From Phyllobates terribilis (taxonomy: Eukaryota), in assembly GCF_046119375.1 (NCBI RefSeq), contig NW_027362771.1, positions 262,260,001-262,324,000 on the forward strand: DNA of 64,000 bases. Reading direction: 5' to 3'. This document shows, one piece after another, positions 1-10,944 of this stretch. Positions within the stretch are counted from its first letter, which is position 1. Every line of letters begins with the position of its first letter. A program made the position numbers and the translations under genes. Below the pieces are notes generated by a model. That model did no database searches. It had not been told where the DNA came from and was given only the letters and a program-made list of their open reading frames with translations.

Positions 1-408
1 TTTGGGATGAGGGTCTACAAACCCCATGGTGGACCTAACTGCTTTGATTAAGCTATCTGTTCCGTCTATAGGGAAACAGTTACGACCACCGTCCTCTGAA
101 GATGAGGAAGCAGATGATGAACCGGATGATTCAGATACCGCAACTTCCTCATCTGATTTACTAGACTCTGACTCCGGGGAAAGGTGCCTAGTTTTTTTAT
201 GCTTCTTCCCCCCCTTTTGGAGGGATTTAAAGGTATCTTCGACTTGTGATTTTACCAGGGATCTGAGCTCGGTAGCAAACTTAGGGGTCTCCTCACAGAT
301 GGTTTGCTCGATGCATGAGCTACATAGTCTCTTTTGCCATGTGGTGGGTAGATCTGCTGTGCAAAGTGCGCAGGCCCTGTTTTTAAACTTCCCCGTGCTC
401 TTCCTTCC
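1..408 (-). CDS. DIRS-like ORF1 (gag-like), putative second exon with a C-x2-C-x12-C-x2-C zinc-finger motif
   Basis: Manual translation is open from 408 to 1: GRKSTGKFKNRACALCTADLPTTWQKRLCSSCIEQTICEETPKFATELRSLVKSQVEDTFKSLQKGGKKHKK...SESSGSSSASSSSEDGGRNCFPIDGTDSLIKAVRSTMGFVDPHPK. Directly upstream are an in-frame TAG (409-411) and a polypyrimidine tract, i.e. a 3' splice site. Absent from the ORF track because it has no start or stop in the window. Confidence 0.6.
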
Positions 409-496
409 CTAAGAAGAAAAGAGAGGGGGGAGGGTCCAAATTACAAGTGAACTTTCACGAAGATCACTTACCGCCTATACGAAAGAGAGGGAATAC

Positions 497-709
497 CGCA
501 TTCGAAGAGGAACCTGCTCTGGTAGCTGGGTCTTTCGCCGAGGCTGATGCCGTGCCGGAATCTTTGCCACGCTGAGAAGACCTGCCGGACCGACCGCTTC
601 CTCCGTCACCTTCAATATATTGACGCGGAGGGCCGCTGGAGGGTCCTTTCGTGCGTTTCCTCTGAGGCGATGGTGATGGAGATGGTGAGTGGGGCTCCTG
701 GTCACTCAT
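497..709 (-). CDS. DIRS-like ORF1 putative first exon (MSDQEPHSPSPSPSPQRKR..., Ser/Pro/Arg-rich)
   Basis: Part of track ORF 464..724. A phase-0 donor GCG|GTATTC at 496 would join it in frame to the exon starting at 408. The stronger G|GTAAG donor at 471 is phase 1 and would frameshift. Confidence 0.4.
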
Positions 710-1587
710 ACTGCTGATTTTCACGTATGCCAGGAAGCATTTTTCCTTTGCTTCCCTGGCAATTTAAGCTATGCAGGTGACCGCCCCCTCCCCCTCCAAC
801 ACCGATGTGGGGAGCGCCCCCCTCTGGCCAGGGCACCGCTGTGTCCTCCATGTTAGGCCTTTCCCGCGTGCGCGTTTGAACTCGCCGCTCCTGCGGCCGC
901 GTCACTACCGGGCGCCTCCCGCGTCACTTCCGGCGCGCGCGCGTGGGGGAGCGTCGGTGTGCGCGCGCACCCGCCCAAACGCCGAATCGCTATCCGGCAA
1001 GCATGCGGGGCGCGCGCTGCACAAGGCCCAGACCCTGACCCAGGGCTCAGGCCTACTCCCAACCTGAGCCCTGAGCCTCCTATACTTACCGCCTGGGCCC
1101 GACGCCACAGGAGACCGCGGCTTGCTTCGCGTCTCCCTGCCACCAGAGAGGCCCGCTGACCCCAGCTGTGGCGCTTCAGGACACCGCACCAGCCGAGGCA
1201 GGGAACCCCCGCTGCCTGAGCCGGACTGGTCGGGCCTGGTAAGTAAAATCTTCTTTCTTCTTTTCTTCAGGATTTCATCCGTAGGTCCCTGTCAAGGACA
1301 GGAAACCAACTGATGCGGGAGAGAGGTGCCGCCCTTTTTATCTGTAGGTTTCCTGTCCTTGAAGGGCGGATCCCCTCTCTCCGTGGTGCCGTCATGGGGA
1401 AAGAGAAAAAAGGGGTTTTCCTACAAATTGTCAGGCTTCCTATTCCCAGAAAAAGGAACTGGCCATGTGCACAGTGTCAATCTTTTCTAATTCAGAGCTA
1501 GTCAGCATATTCCTTTGGCAGTTCCTGTGTCCTGCATTGACTCCTATATAGATTGACCAGGCATGCCTTCCAGATTTCTGCTTGTGA

Positions 1588-2369
1588 GGCTATGTGCCCA
1601 CGATGCAGAAATGAAGCAGAAAATTTCTGCATCATTTCTGCATCTCCCTGGCAGAAAAAACGCATGCAGATTGTGCATGCGTTTTTCCTGCAGAATACAT
1701 GCGTTTCCGCATGCAGATTGACAAGTGCTTTCCAGGCGATAGAATCACTTGGAAAGTGCTTGACAACTAGGTCACACTATATAAATCCATGCAAACAGCA
1801 TGGATTTATATAGTGTGACCGTAAAAATAAAAAAATAAAGCTATACTCACCCCCGATTCCCCGACGTGTGCTGCAGCGCTCCTTCCTGTCTGGTTCCCGG
1901 CATATCGCGAGACACAGCGGTGAAGGGCCTGCGGTCACATGACTGTGACGTCACCGAAGGTCCTTCAGCGCTGCCGGCATGCAGAGAGCCGTCGGAAAGG
2001 TGAATATAAACTTTATTTATTATTTTATTCTTTTTTTCACAGGTACAATGGTACCCAGGTCTGAATGAGATTCTTCTCTCCTCCAGAACTGGGTACCATC
2101 CGCACATAGAGACGCAGAAAATCAGCTTGTACAAATGTACAGACGCGCATTCTATGCGTCTCAATGCAAGTCAATCGCGGCGCTTCCGCAAAATTAATGA
2201 ACATGCTGCGGATTTAGAAGCGCTGCGGAAAAATCCGCAGCATGTGCATTGACATTGCGGAATGCCATTGGGGACCATGGGGTGCGGATTACCATGCGTT
2301 TTTGATGCGATTCCGCTGCGGAAATTCCGCAGCATAAACACATGAAAAACGCATCGTGTGCACGCAGCC
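1588..2369. mobile_element. Non-autonomous Harbinger/PIF-like MITE (family also at 57376-58209, ~59735-60131, ~63085-63819)
   Basis: TIRs GGCTATGTGCCCACGATGC / GCATCGTGTGCACGCAGCC. Internal palindrome GGTCACACTATATAAATCCATGC...GCATGGATTTATATAGTGTGACC is shared with the other copies. Confidence 0.75.
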
Positions 2370-2410
2370 CAACTGGGGTTGAATAGATTAGGATCAAAGA
2401 GACCCTTTTA

Positions 2411-2686
2411 GGGTAATGTGCACATTGTATATTTGCAGCAGAAATTTCAAACACCAAAAACCCATCTCTTGGCAGGAAAAAGGCTGTGTAAAATACACCC
2501 ATTTTTGATGCGTTTTTATTGAAAAACGCAGCAAAAACACTGAATTGACATCCTTGAAATTTGAAACAGCTTCAAATCTGCAAGGAAAACTTAAGCAGCA
2601 TGTGATTTCAGAAGTCTCTTTTGCTGGTACTGTAACGCTGCATTGTGCAAATTTCTACTGCAAACACTTAATGTGTGCACCTACCC
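2411..2686. mobile_element. Harbinger/PIF-like MITE
   Basis: TTA at 2408-2410 and 2687-2689 (TSD). Imperfect TIRs GGGTAATGTGCACATT...TTTGCAGCAGAAATTT / AAATTTCTACTGCAAAC...AATGTGTGCACCTACCC. Confidence 0.75.
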
Positions 2687-3237
2687 TTAGTGTTGTAGTC
2701 TAAGGACTGTGCATGAGATATCATATTGACAGATTGGCAGATTTGTTGCAAGGAGTTCAAGCCAGATATATGAATGGGGTTTCTTCTGCAGCAGGTGCAT
2801 GCATTTCTGCAAACCCCATTCAGATGAATGAGGCAATCAAATGTAAATATACCCCTATAATGAAGGTGGGGATCCACTATCCCTTAATGAGCCCACACAA
2901 CATATGTGCAGTTTTCTACAAGCTGCGTTTATTTCTGTGGTTCTCCCTGTTTATTTGCTTGCAGAACATCAGGCCCCTACTGCGGCTCCTCTCTTTCCAG
3001 GATGTGCTTTCTCATGGCTAGTTAGCTGCGCAGTAACCTTTAGCACACATACACACATCGTGGATGCCTTCCAACGTTTGTTTTTCACAAATCTCTTGCG
3101 GTGGGTGAAACACGTTCCTCAGCCAGTGTGTGCGATCTGTCACTGCCTGTTCTAATCTTACCCAGAGGACTGCAGAGAGCAAAACTACAGCACATATAAC
3201 AAGACTCCGTCCTGCTTCGTGTTTCATTGTAATACTA

Positions 3238-4803
3238 CACTGCTCAAAAAAATAAAGGGAGCACTTAAACAGAATATAACTCCAAGTAAATCAAACTTCT
3301 GTGACATCAAACTGTCCACTTAGGAAGCAACACTGATTGACAATCAATTTCACATGCTGTTGTGCAAATGGAATAGACAATAGATGGAAATTATTGGCAA
3401 TTATCAAGACGCCCTCAATAAAGGAGTGGTTCTGCAGGTGGGGACCACAGACCACATCTCAGTACCAATGCTTTCTGGCTGATGTTTTGGTCACTTTTGA
3501 ATGTTGGTTGTGCTTTCACACTCGTGGTAGCATGAGACGGACTCTACAACCCACAGAAGTTGCTCAGGTAGTGCAGCTCATCCAGGATGGCACATCAATG
3601 CGAGCTGTGGCAAGAAGGTTTGCTGTGTCTGTCAGCGTAGTGTCCAGAGGCTGGAGGCGCTACGAGGAGAGAGGCCAGTACACCAGGAGACGTGGAGGGG
3701 GCCGTAGGAGGGCAACAACCCAGCAGCAGGACCGCTACCTCTGCCTTTGTGCAAGGAGGAACAGGAGGAGCACTGCCAGAGCCCTGCAAAATGACCTCCA
3801 GCAGGCCACAAATGTGCATGTGTCTGCACAAACGGTTAGAAACCGACTCCATGAGGGTGGTATGAGGGCCCGACATCCACAGATGGGGGTTGTGCTCACA
3901 GCCCAACAACGTGCAGGACGCTTGGCATTTGCCACAGAACACCAGGATTGGCAAAGTCGCCACTGGCGCCCTGTGCTCTTCACACATTAAAGCAGGTTCA
4001 CACTGAGCACATGTGACAGACGTGACAGAGTCAGGAGGGAGACACAATGGAGAGCGATCTGCTGCCTGCAACATCCTTCAGCATGACCGGTTTGGAAGTG
4101 GGTCAGTAATGGTGTGGGGTGGCATTTCTTTGGAGGGCCGCACAGCCCTCCATGTGCTTGCCAGAGGTAGCCTGACTGCCAATAGGTACCAAGGTGAGAT
4201 CCTCACACCCCTTGTGAGACCATATGCTGGTGCGATTGGCCCTGGGTTCCTCCTAATGCAGGACAATGCCAGACCTCATGTGGCTGGAGTGTGTCAGCAG
4301 TTCCTGAAAGATGAAGGCATTGAAGCTATGGACTGGCCCAACCGTTCCCCAGACCTGAATCCGACTGAGCACATCTGGGGCATCATGTCTCGCTCCATCC
4401 ACCACAGACTGTCCAGGAGTTGGCGGATGCTTTAGTCCAGGTCTGGGAGGAGATCCCACAGGAGACCATCCGCAACCTCATCAGGAGCATGCCCAGGCAT
4501 TGTAGGGAGGTCATACAGGCATGTGGAGGCCACACACAATACTGAGCCTCATTTTGACTTGTTTTAAGGACATAACATCAAAGTTGGATCAGTCTGTAGT
4601 GTGTTTTTCCACTTTAATTTTGGGGGTGACTCCAAATCCAGGCCTCCATTGGTTAATAAATTTGATTTCCATTGATGATTTTTGTGTGATTTTGTTGTCA
4701 GCACATTCAGCTTTGTACAGAACAAAGTATTCAATGAGAATATTTCATTCATTCAGATCTAGGATGTGTTATTTGAGTGTTCCCTTTATTTTTTTGGGCA
4801 GTG
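3238..4803 (+). mobile_element. Tc1/mariner DNA transposon, full length, defective transposase (family A copy 1)
   Basis: TA TSDs at 3236-37 and 4804-05. TIRs CACTGCTCAAAAAAATAAAGGGA / TCCCTTTATTTTTTTGGGCAGTG. Transposase ATG at 3532 with an HTH region, TAA at 3988-3990 in the DES motif, QDNARPH, SPDLNPTEHIW; frameshifts and a short deletion. Confidence 0.95.
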
Positions 4804-4867
4804 TATTTCATGATTAATCACAGTGGTTAGAATTAACTATTTATACTCCGGAGTAGAGATAGGCAAA

Positions 4868-5125
4868 TTGATTGGCGGGACTCCAGTCCATCGGCCAGGT
4901 CCGTAGTCTCTCACTGCTGGACAGGGGGGCTCGCAAATCTCTTACCTTTCGGAACACCGGCGCGGCTTTTGATTAGCGGAACTGGCACAAAGTCCTTTGT
5001 GTGTCACACCACAATGATAATGTTGTGTCATCCGGGCTAATAATAAACCGCACCAAAATCCCAGAAGGTAAGAGATTTGCGAGCCTTTCATCCAGCGGCC
5101 TGAGACTACAGACCCTCAAATCAAT
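4868..5125. repeat. Foldback (MITE-like) inverted repeat
   Basis: GGTCCGTAGTCTC...GGCTCGCAAATCTCTTACCTTTCGG pairs with CCAGAAGGTAAGAGATTTGCGAGCC...GAGACTACAGACC. Confidence 0.6.
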
Positions 5126-5879
5126 AGGCCCATCTCTAGTCTGGAGCATTCATGGAGCAGTCCTTCAACTGCCATGAGACAGAGAAAGCAAAGAACAAGC
5201 ACCAATATACAAGGATCCCAAATCAGACACAGTCACAAATATAAAAGCTTTTTATGGTTGAAAACCCTGGGGTTTTTCAACATAACTAGAAACATGGACC
5301 TGCAGTTACAGAACCCCAATAAAACCAACTGGTTACTGCTGTAGGGGGCAGGCGTTACATGTTTTACCTGTGGTGTACAAAGTAGTTATATTAAGTGTGA
5401 AGGTTTTTGCATGTTTGAGAAAAACCACAGCAATAAAATGATTAATTGGTGAAATCAACTAGTATAGGTTCTCTAATGCGAGATAACACTCAGCTCAGAC
5501 TGTCGGAGTTTGTAAGAGTAAGAGTCATCTTAATGTTATCTGATTCTCTCAGATGAGAAAATCACAGCACAAGTGCAGAAAAGATGGAGAACTTAATTTC
5601 TCCATCTTTTCTGTGAGCGTACATCGAACTGCACTCTGATAACATCCGAGCGCAGTCCGATGTTTCACACGCACCCATAGACTTGTATGGGTGCCCATGA
5701 TCCGACTATCGGATGCACTCGCAGCATACTCAGCATGAACCAACATGAGAAAATAATCGCAGATCTGCACTGCCCCATAGTATACCATCGGGCTGAGTGC
5801 TATCTGATAAAACATTGCACAGCACTCAGCCCTTTTATGCGCCAGTGTGAGCGAGCCCTAATAATTAGAAAATGCTTAC

Positions 5880-5989
5880 CTTGACAGAATGTAGAACACT
5901 GCTCCCTTTCTCCGTTTCTATTTCACAATTGTCGCACTCAATCTTTTTTATGTTCACACTGCCATAACCCATCGTTTTAATGTTCACAT
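5880..5989 (-). CDS. FAM185A: FAM185A coding exon 2 (110 nt, phase 1 to phase 0)
   Basis: tttgtag|AT GTG AAC...GTC AAG|gtaagc. It translates to (D)VNIKTMGYGSVNIKKIECDNCEIETEKGSSVLHSVK, matching the recalled human segment LDIKSSGSGCVKVQSIEGDNCKIETEHGTSILQSVK. Phase is compatible with exon 1. Confidence 0.93.
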
Positions 5990-6488
5990 CTACAAATAGT
6001 AAGGTTGCATGTTAAAAATCCTTATTTTAAAAATCCTTTAAAATAGTAAAGCTACAGAAAGAAACCTTTGCACTTTGCAGAAGTTCTATTATCATTTTCC
6101 TTCAGATGTTACATACACACAGGAGGGAGTTGCTTTTCTTCACATTTTTTTTTGTGAATCCCCCACCCCCAATTTACTCAAGGTGTAAAAATAGCGCTGA
6201 AAAGACGGTATCCTGAGTGGGTCTGTGGTATACTTCACTGAATATTGCCTCTTTAGTGCTACGGGCTGCTGGGCACATTGGTGTCAGACTCTCATAGATG
6301 ACCAAGTTATGGTATATCCTTGGTTATCTTGAGCCCAGTTGTCATGTACAGGTCAGTACCATTGGGAAGTGTTTACCTGCTATTTATTTACTGCCATTTC
6401 TTAGGGCAGAGCTCTGAACAATGACTCCAGGTAAGTAGCATCATAACATAGGAGTTTAGACTATACGACCTGTCTCATCACAGACTTA

Positions 6489-7190
6489 GGCCGGTTTCAC
6501 GCGTCCGTATATTTCCAGTACCGGGGATATCCGTGTTGTGTCACACATATGGCAACCGTGTGCTGCATCAGGATCACACGTACTGGCGCCTGGGAATCAG
6601 TGTACAGTTAGTGCTGCTCCCAAGCGCCGGGTGCTGAACGCTGCACTCATCATGGTTACCTGCTGGCGCTGCGATCAGCACCCTGTGTAAAAATAATAAT
6701 AAAATAAAAAATCCTTATATTCACCTGTTTTAAGTGTCCCCCACTGTAATCCATGCGACCGCTCAGCAGAGGAGCCGGGAAGAATGAGCCGCTGCAGCGA
6801 ATGGCCCCGGAACTGCGCTCAGTAAGTGACAGGACACCGCTCCTGAGCTCAGCTCCAGGGCCCGCTTGCTGCAAGAGCCATTCTCCCTGGCTCCTCTGCT
6901 GAGCGGTCGCATGGATTACAGTGGGGGACACTTAGGACAGGTGAGCATATGGATTTTTTAAATTTTCTTATTATTACAGGTGGACACTGCGGGAGCAGAC
7001 ACTACTACCCTCATCATAGTCCCTGCTGGTGCTGATCACATCGCCAGCAGGGAACCATGATGAGGGAAGCGTTCAGCACCCGGCGCTTAGTAACAGCGCT
7101 AACTGTACACTGATTCCCAAGCGCCGATACGTGTCACATGGATGGCATCCGTGTGTGGCACATGTTTACACGGAGGAAAGTAAGCATGTG
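6489..7190. mobile_element. Harbinger-like foldback MITE, one end eroded (same family as 15173-16093, opposite orientation)
   Basis: TTA|GGCCGGTTTCACGCGTCCGTATATTTCCAGTACCGG matches the reverse complement of the 16093 end. Long internal inverted arms at ~6586-6680 and ~7027-7125. Confidence 0.75.
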
Positions 7191-8406
7191 AAAAAAATAA
7201 AATAAAATTGCGCCGCTCATTTGCATAATGAGCGGAAGCCGCGCGGCTATTCCGGAGCGTCGGGGCAGAAGCCGGCTCCAGACAATGAGCACATACCCTT
7301 ATGCTTCAGTCTCTTCTCCATACTTTGTACTAAATGTCTACCTGCACACACAGGCTGCTATATGGCATGAAATTTGGGAAGAATTATTTTAAATTAAACA
7401 ATTAAAGGGGATCTGTCACTAGGTTTTTGATGCCTCATCTGAGAGCAGCATAATATAGGAAAAGAGACCCTGATTCCAGCGATGTATCACTTAGTTTGTT
7501 GGGTGAAGCAGCTGTGATACAATCAAGAGTTTTTAGATGTAGCAGAGCTCAGAAAGCTAACCCCACCACCACCCATGATTAGCAGCTTTCTGTGTAGATT
7601 GTATATTGGCACTATGCTCTAGGTGTCCCTCCACTTGGGGTTGGGGTGGAAGAAAACCTAAGCCTGCGATATTTATTTATATCACAGGATCTTATTACAG
7701 GCAATTATGCGTTTGTTATGGGCAGTCTTACACCTACTATATCGAATGCACATAAATTTTTCATAGCAAAGACTTTCCAAGTGTTTCAGCATAATACAAT
7801 TATACTTGTATTGTGTCTTTTTGTATGTCCCTCATTATGTGAGGTACCTGTTGATTTTATTGTATTTTTGTATGTTTTTTTTTTACTAATGATATAATAA
7901 ACTTTGTGTTTTATGATGAATACTGTGGCTTTGCATGGCTGACCATTCATTTGGTGTTCAGACATTTTTTGATTTAATGTATAGTACAAAGTGACCTCTT
8001 GACATGGGATAACTACTTGGATTGGACTTCTTGTATTGATTTCACTTTCTATTGTAAAGTTGTATTACTGGGGACAATACGGATTTCTGTGGGAAATTGT
8101 GCAGCAGCACTCAAGGTAGTGCACCGTCCATACACGGGAAAGTCTGGGTTAGCTCACCACTTATTGATTGAATGTCAAAACCCTTGTGATGTGGCTGCTG
8201 CGGGGATCATGTGTCCTGTACATATCACACCCTGCAAAAACATCCTGAACATTGCAGTGCTGCTAACGTCAATGGATGTGCATGTGATCTACAGGACAAC
8301 TACTGTCCATGTGTGCTATTGATGCATATAGGGGGGCTCCACAGAAGGATGAGCTCCTCTAGAACACTTATCCCACATATGATCTGAGATTTATATTATA
8401 CTCATA

Positions 8407-8610
8407 GGGCAGCTCAGTGGTTAGCACTATTTCCTTACAACGCTGGGGTCCTGGGTTCAGATCCCACCAATGACAACATCTGCAAGGAGTTTGTATGTTC
8501 TCCCCGTGTTTGCGTGGGTTTCCTCCCACACTCCAAATAGGGAATTTAGGCTGTGAGCCCCAATGGGGACGTGATGATGTCTTTAAAGCGCTGCAGAATA
8601 TGATAGAAAT
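8407..8610 (+). mobile_element. tRNA-derived SINE of V-SINE type with an L2-like 3' tail
   Basis: A-box GGCAGCTCAGTGGTTAG, B-box GGGTTCAGATCCC, V-domain-like core GGAGTTTGTATGTTCTCCCCGTGTTTGCGTGGGTTTCCTCCCACA, tail CTGTGAGCCCC...TAAAGCGCTGCAGAATATG. Confidence 0.8.
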
Positions 8611-8977
8611 AAATGTGGGGCATATTGTGGCTGATGTGAGGGGGACAGGGAATAAGTCAGATTATGACAGAGGCAGCATTTGTTACAGAAACTACACTGC
8701 AGATTGTAAGGGAATGTCATTCATCCAGAGGCATCTACAGGAAACTGCACCCATATCCACAGCAAAGTCTGCATGGAAAGCAAGTGGATTTTGGAGCAGA
8801 TTTTTTCCACCAGTTTCTCAGTGTACTCATACATAAAGTGTGACCCCAGGGCATTATCACCCCACTAACTTCTGTGCGCACACAGGTGTGCAGATTCATG
8901 TACATATATAGGCTTATACATAGGGGCATATACCCCCCATCTGTGACCACATGCAGGCGCCCCCCACCAGTACATAC

Positions 8978-9344
8978 CGAAGCGCACCGGAGTGGTGACC
9001 TCCACACACGTCTGGCCGTCAATGTCCCGGGAGCTGATCAGCACCTGCCTGCTCTCCTCGTCGTATCTCACTTCTATGTTATCCAGGTCCAGTCCCCGGT
9101 GCACATTGCGGTCCACCCCGCTCACCATGACGAACACCCGGTCCGCGTCCGGATAGGTGAGCGGGTCCTGGGGTCTCACCCGCACATTACACGGCAGCTT
9201 CACCCGCAGGCTGCTCAGCGGGTGCACGATGAGAGTCCACTGCTTCAGGGGCTTATTCCGGGACTCCGCTGCCCAGTTCCCCCAGTGCCGTGTGCCGGCC
9301 ACCAAAGACCACCATAAACGGCCGCGACATACGAGGGAGACCAT
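8978..9344 (-). CDS. FAM185A: FAM185A coding exon 1 (367 nt, ends phase 1)
   Basis: MVSLVCRGRLWW...PLKQWTLIVHPLSSLRVKLPCNVRVRPQDPLTYPDADRVFVMVSGVD...VRYDEE...VEVTTPVRF matches recalled human TLKEWTLQVSPFGRLRARLPCHLAVRPLDPLTYPDGDRVLVAVCGVE...VKYDED...VEVNAPLKF. Donor G|GTATGT at 8977; CpG-rich. Confidence 0.95.
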
Positions 9345-9404
9345 TATTGCCCTATAACAGCCATGCAGATACTTCTCTCAGTTTTCTCACCGCGCTGAAC
9401 GCCC

Positions 9405-9482
9405 TGCTTCTGGGAAATGTAGTTAAAATGCAGTATAATACTAGGGCTGTAAGGCTAAGCCAACTACAGCTCCCAGAATTCC
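9405..9482. promoter_or_regulatory. FAM185A proximal promoter with two divergent ZNF143/Staf (SBS)-like motifs
   Basis: CTTCTGGGAAATGTAGT (~9406-9422; reverse complement ACTACATTTCCCAGAAG) and ACTACAGCTCCCAGAATT (~9462-9479) fit the ACTACAnnTCCCA consensus, 60-135 bp upstream of the ATG. Confidence 0.7.
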
Positions 9483-9556
9483 TAGTCCCAGATGTTAGAC
9501 GAGGTTTGATAGACTATGTTTACTAGCTGTTGTGAATTATCTCCGCGCGTCAGGTT

Positions 9557-9835
9557 CACTACGCATGACAGATTTACACACCTCAAAAGAACCCCACTGC
9601 GCATGCGGAAATTACACAGCTCGCACAACAGCCCCACTGCGCATGACAGAATTACACACTTCGAACAGTGCCACTGCGCATGACAGAATTACACACTTCG
9701 TACAGTGCCACTGCGCATGACAGAATTACACACTTCGTACAGTGCCACTGCGCATGACAGAATTACACACTTCGTACAGTGCCACTGCGCATGACAGAAT
9801 TACACACCTTGTACAGTGCCACTGCGCATGACTAC
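9557..9835. repeat. 37-bp minisatellite, about 8 copies, each with a TGCGCATG core
   Basis: Unit CACTGCGCATGACAGAATTACACACTTCGTACAGTGC starts at 9635, 9672, 9709, 9746, 9783 and 9820, with diverged copies at 9557 and 9595. Confidence 0.9.
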
Positions 9836-10243
9836 ACTCTTTCTAAAAAGTGCAGTGCCCGGGATATCTGTAGATCTGTTTGTACAGTGCTGATAGTAGC
9901 ATGCATTTAGATAATGTCCAGTAAATTATTCACAGCAATAGTGAGTAATACTGTCACTTTTATAGTACTAATCCTTTGCTATAGTCCCTATTTTATTCTG
10001 CAGGTGTTGTGCATTTTTTAATGCCTCATACAGTTCCAGAGATATGGGCCTTTAAATTTAGTGCTAATTTATGTATCAGGCACTGGCTGTATGATCTGAG
10101 CCAGGTATGTTTGACACTGCGATGTTTCAGAGAAAAACATACTTTATTAGCCACCGGTGACCGAGCCACAATGGAGACTAGTCGGACAAGTGGGTCCTTG
10201 GCTGCTTCCCTGGAGTGACAGGTCTCTTTATTTTGAGTTTTAA

Positions 10244-10944
10244 AGGGAACCTGTCACGTCCTAGTTTCTAGCTACACTGCCCCCATTGCTTTGTTAGTGA
10301 TGCCATGTGCAATGTGCATCACTAACACGCTTTTTTCATTAAAATTGATGCAGCTATAATGATTCTATAACATTTTATTACTTATATCCTACCTGCTCGT
10401 TCAGTCATAGGGGTGTGATTCTGCTGTTCGGTCAGGGGCAGGTGCAGCATTCCCTCACTGCTGGCTCCGCCCACGTATTTGAATATTGCTCCCGGCAAGC
10501 GCTGATGTTATTGGGGCGCATTTCTACATGTCCGGCGCTGGTCCTGCGCCTGCGCAGTGAGGCTGTGTAGTTCGCAGCTTCACTGCGCATGTGCTATGAC
10601 CCTCTGGTCCCCGCGCGTGCGCAGTGAGGCTGGTAACCACACAGCCTCATTGCATATGTGCGGGACCAGCGCCGGACATGTAGAAATGCGCCCCAATAAC
10701 ATCAGCGCTTGCCGGGAGCAATATTCAAATACGTGGGCGGAGCCAGCAGTGAGGGAATGCGGTGCTGCCCATGACTGAATATGACAAGCACGCCCCTATG
10801 ACTGAAAATGAGCAGGTAGGATATAAGCACATTAAAGGTTATAAAATCATTATAACACCACCAATTTTAATGAAAAAAAGTTTGTTAGTGATGCACATTG
10901 CATCACTAACAAAGCAATGGGGGCAGTGTAGGTTCAGGTTCCCT
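10244..10944. mobile_element. T2/Kolobok-type foldback MITE
   Basis: TTAA TSDs at 10240-43 and 10945-48. Termini AGGGAACCTG / CAGGTTCCCT. Nearly the whole element is an inverted repeat. Confidence 0.85.

Larger units (their letters stand above)
1..1410 (-). mobile_element. DIRS1-like (tyrosine recombinase) retrotransposon, 5' end; continues beyond window start; lies in FAM185A intron 2 in sense orientation
   Basis: The minus strand starts TTTTTCTCTTTCCCCATGACGGCACC at ~1410, resembling DIRS T-rich termini. There is an internal inverted repeat CAAGGACAGGAAACC (1293-1307) / GGTTTCCTGTCCTTG (1347-1361), an ATAAAAA TATA-like motif and a CpG-rich leader. Downstream is an ORF1-like frame with a Cys4 motif and a Ser/acidic tract. 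RT and YR are not in the window, so the family call rests on recalled similarity. Confidence 0.7.

Noticed and set aside
6404-6435. Plus-strand micro-exon TTCTTAG|GGCAGAGCTCTGAACAATGACTCCAG|GTAAGT
   Set aside because: Antisense to FAM185A, only 26 nt, with no partner exons; likely chance.
7210-7235. Octamer ATTTGCAT in the palindrome GCTCATTTGCATAATGAGC as an snRNA gene enhancer
   Set aside because: No PSE or snRNA body recognised nearby; it sits at a TE junction.
8978-9344. Full 159-aa track ORF 8865..9344 as a single-exon gene
   Set aside because: Similarity to FAM185A ends at PVRF, exactly at the GTATGT donor (8977); the remainder is intron read-through.
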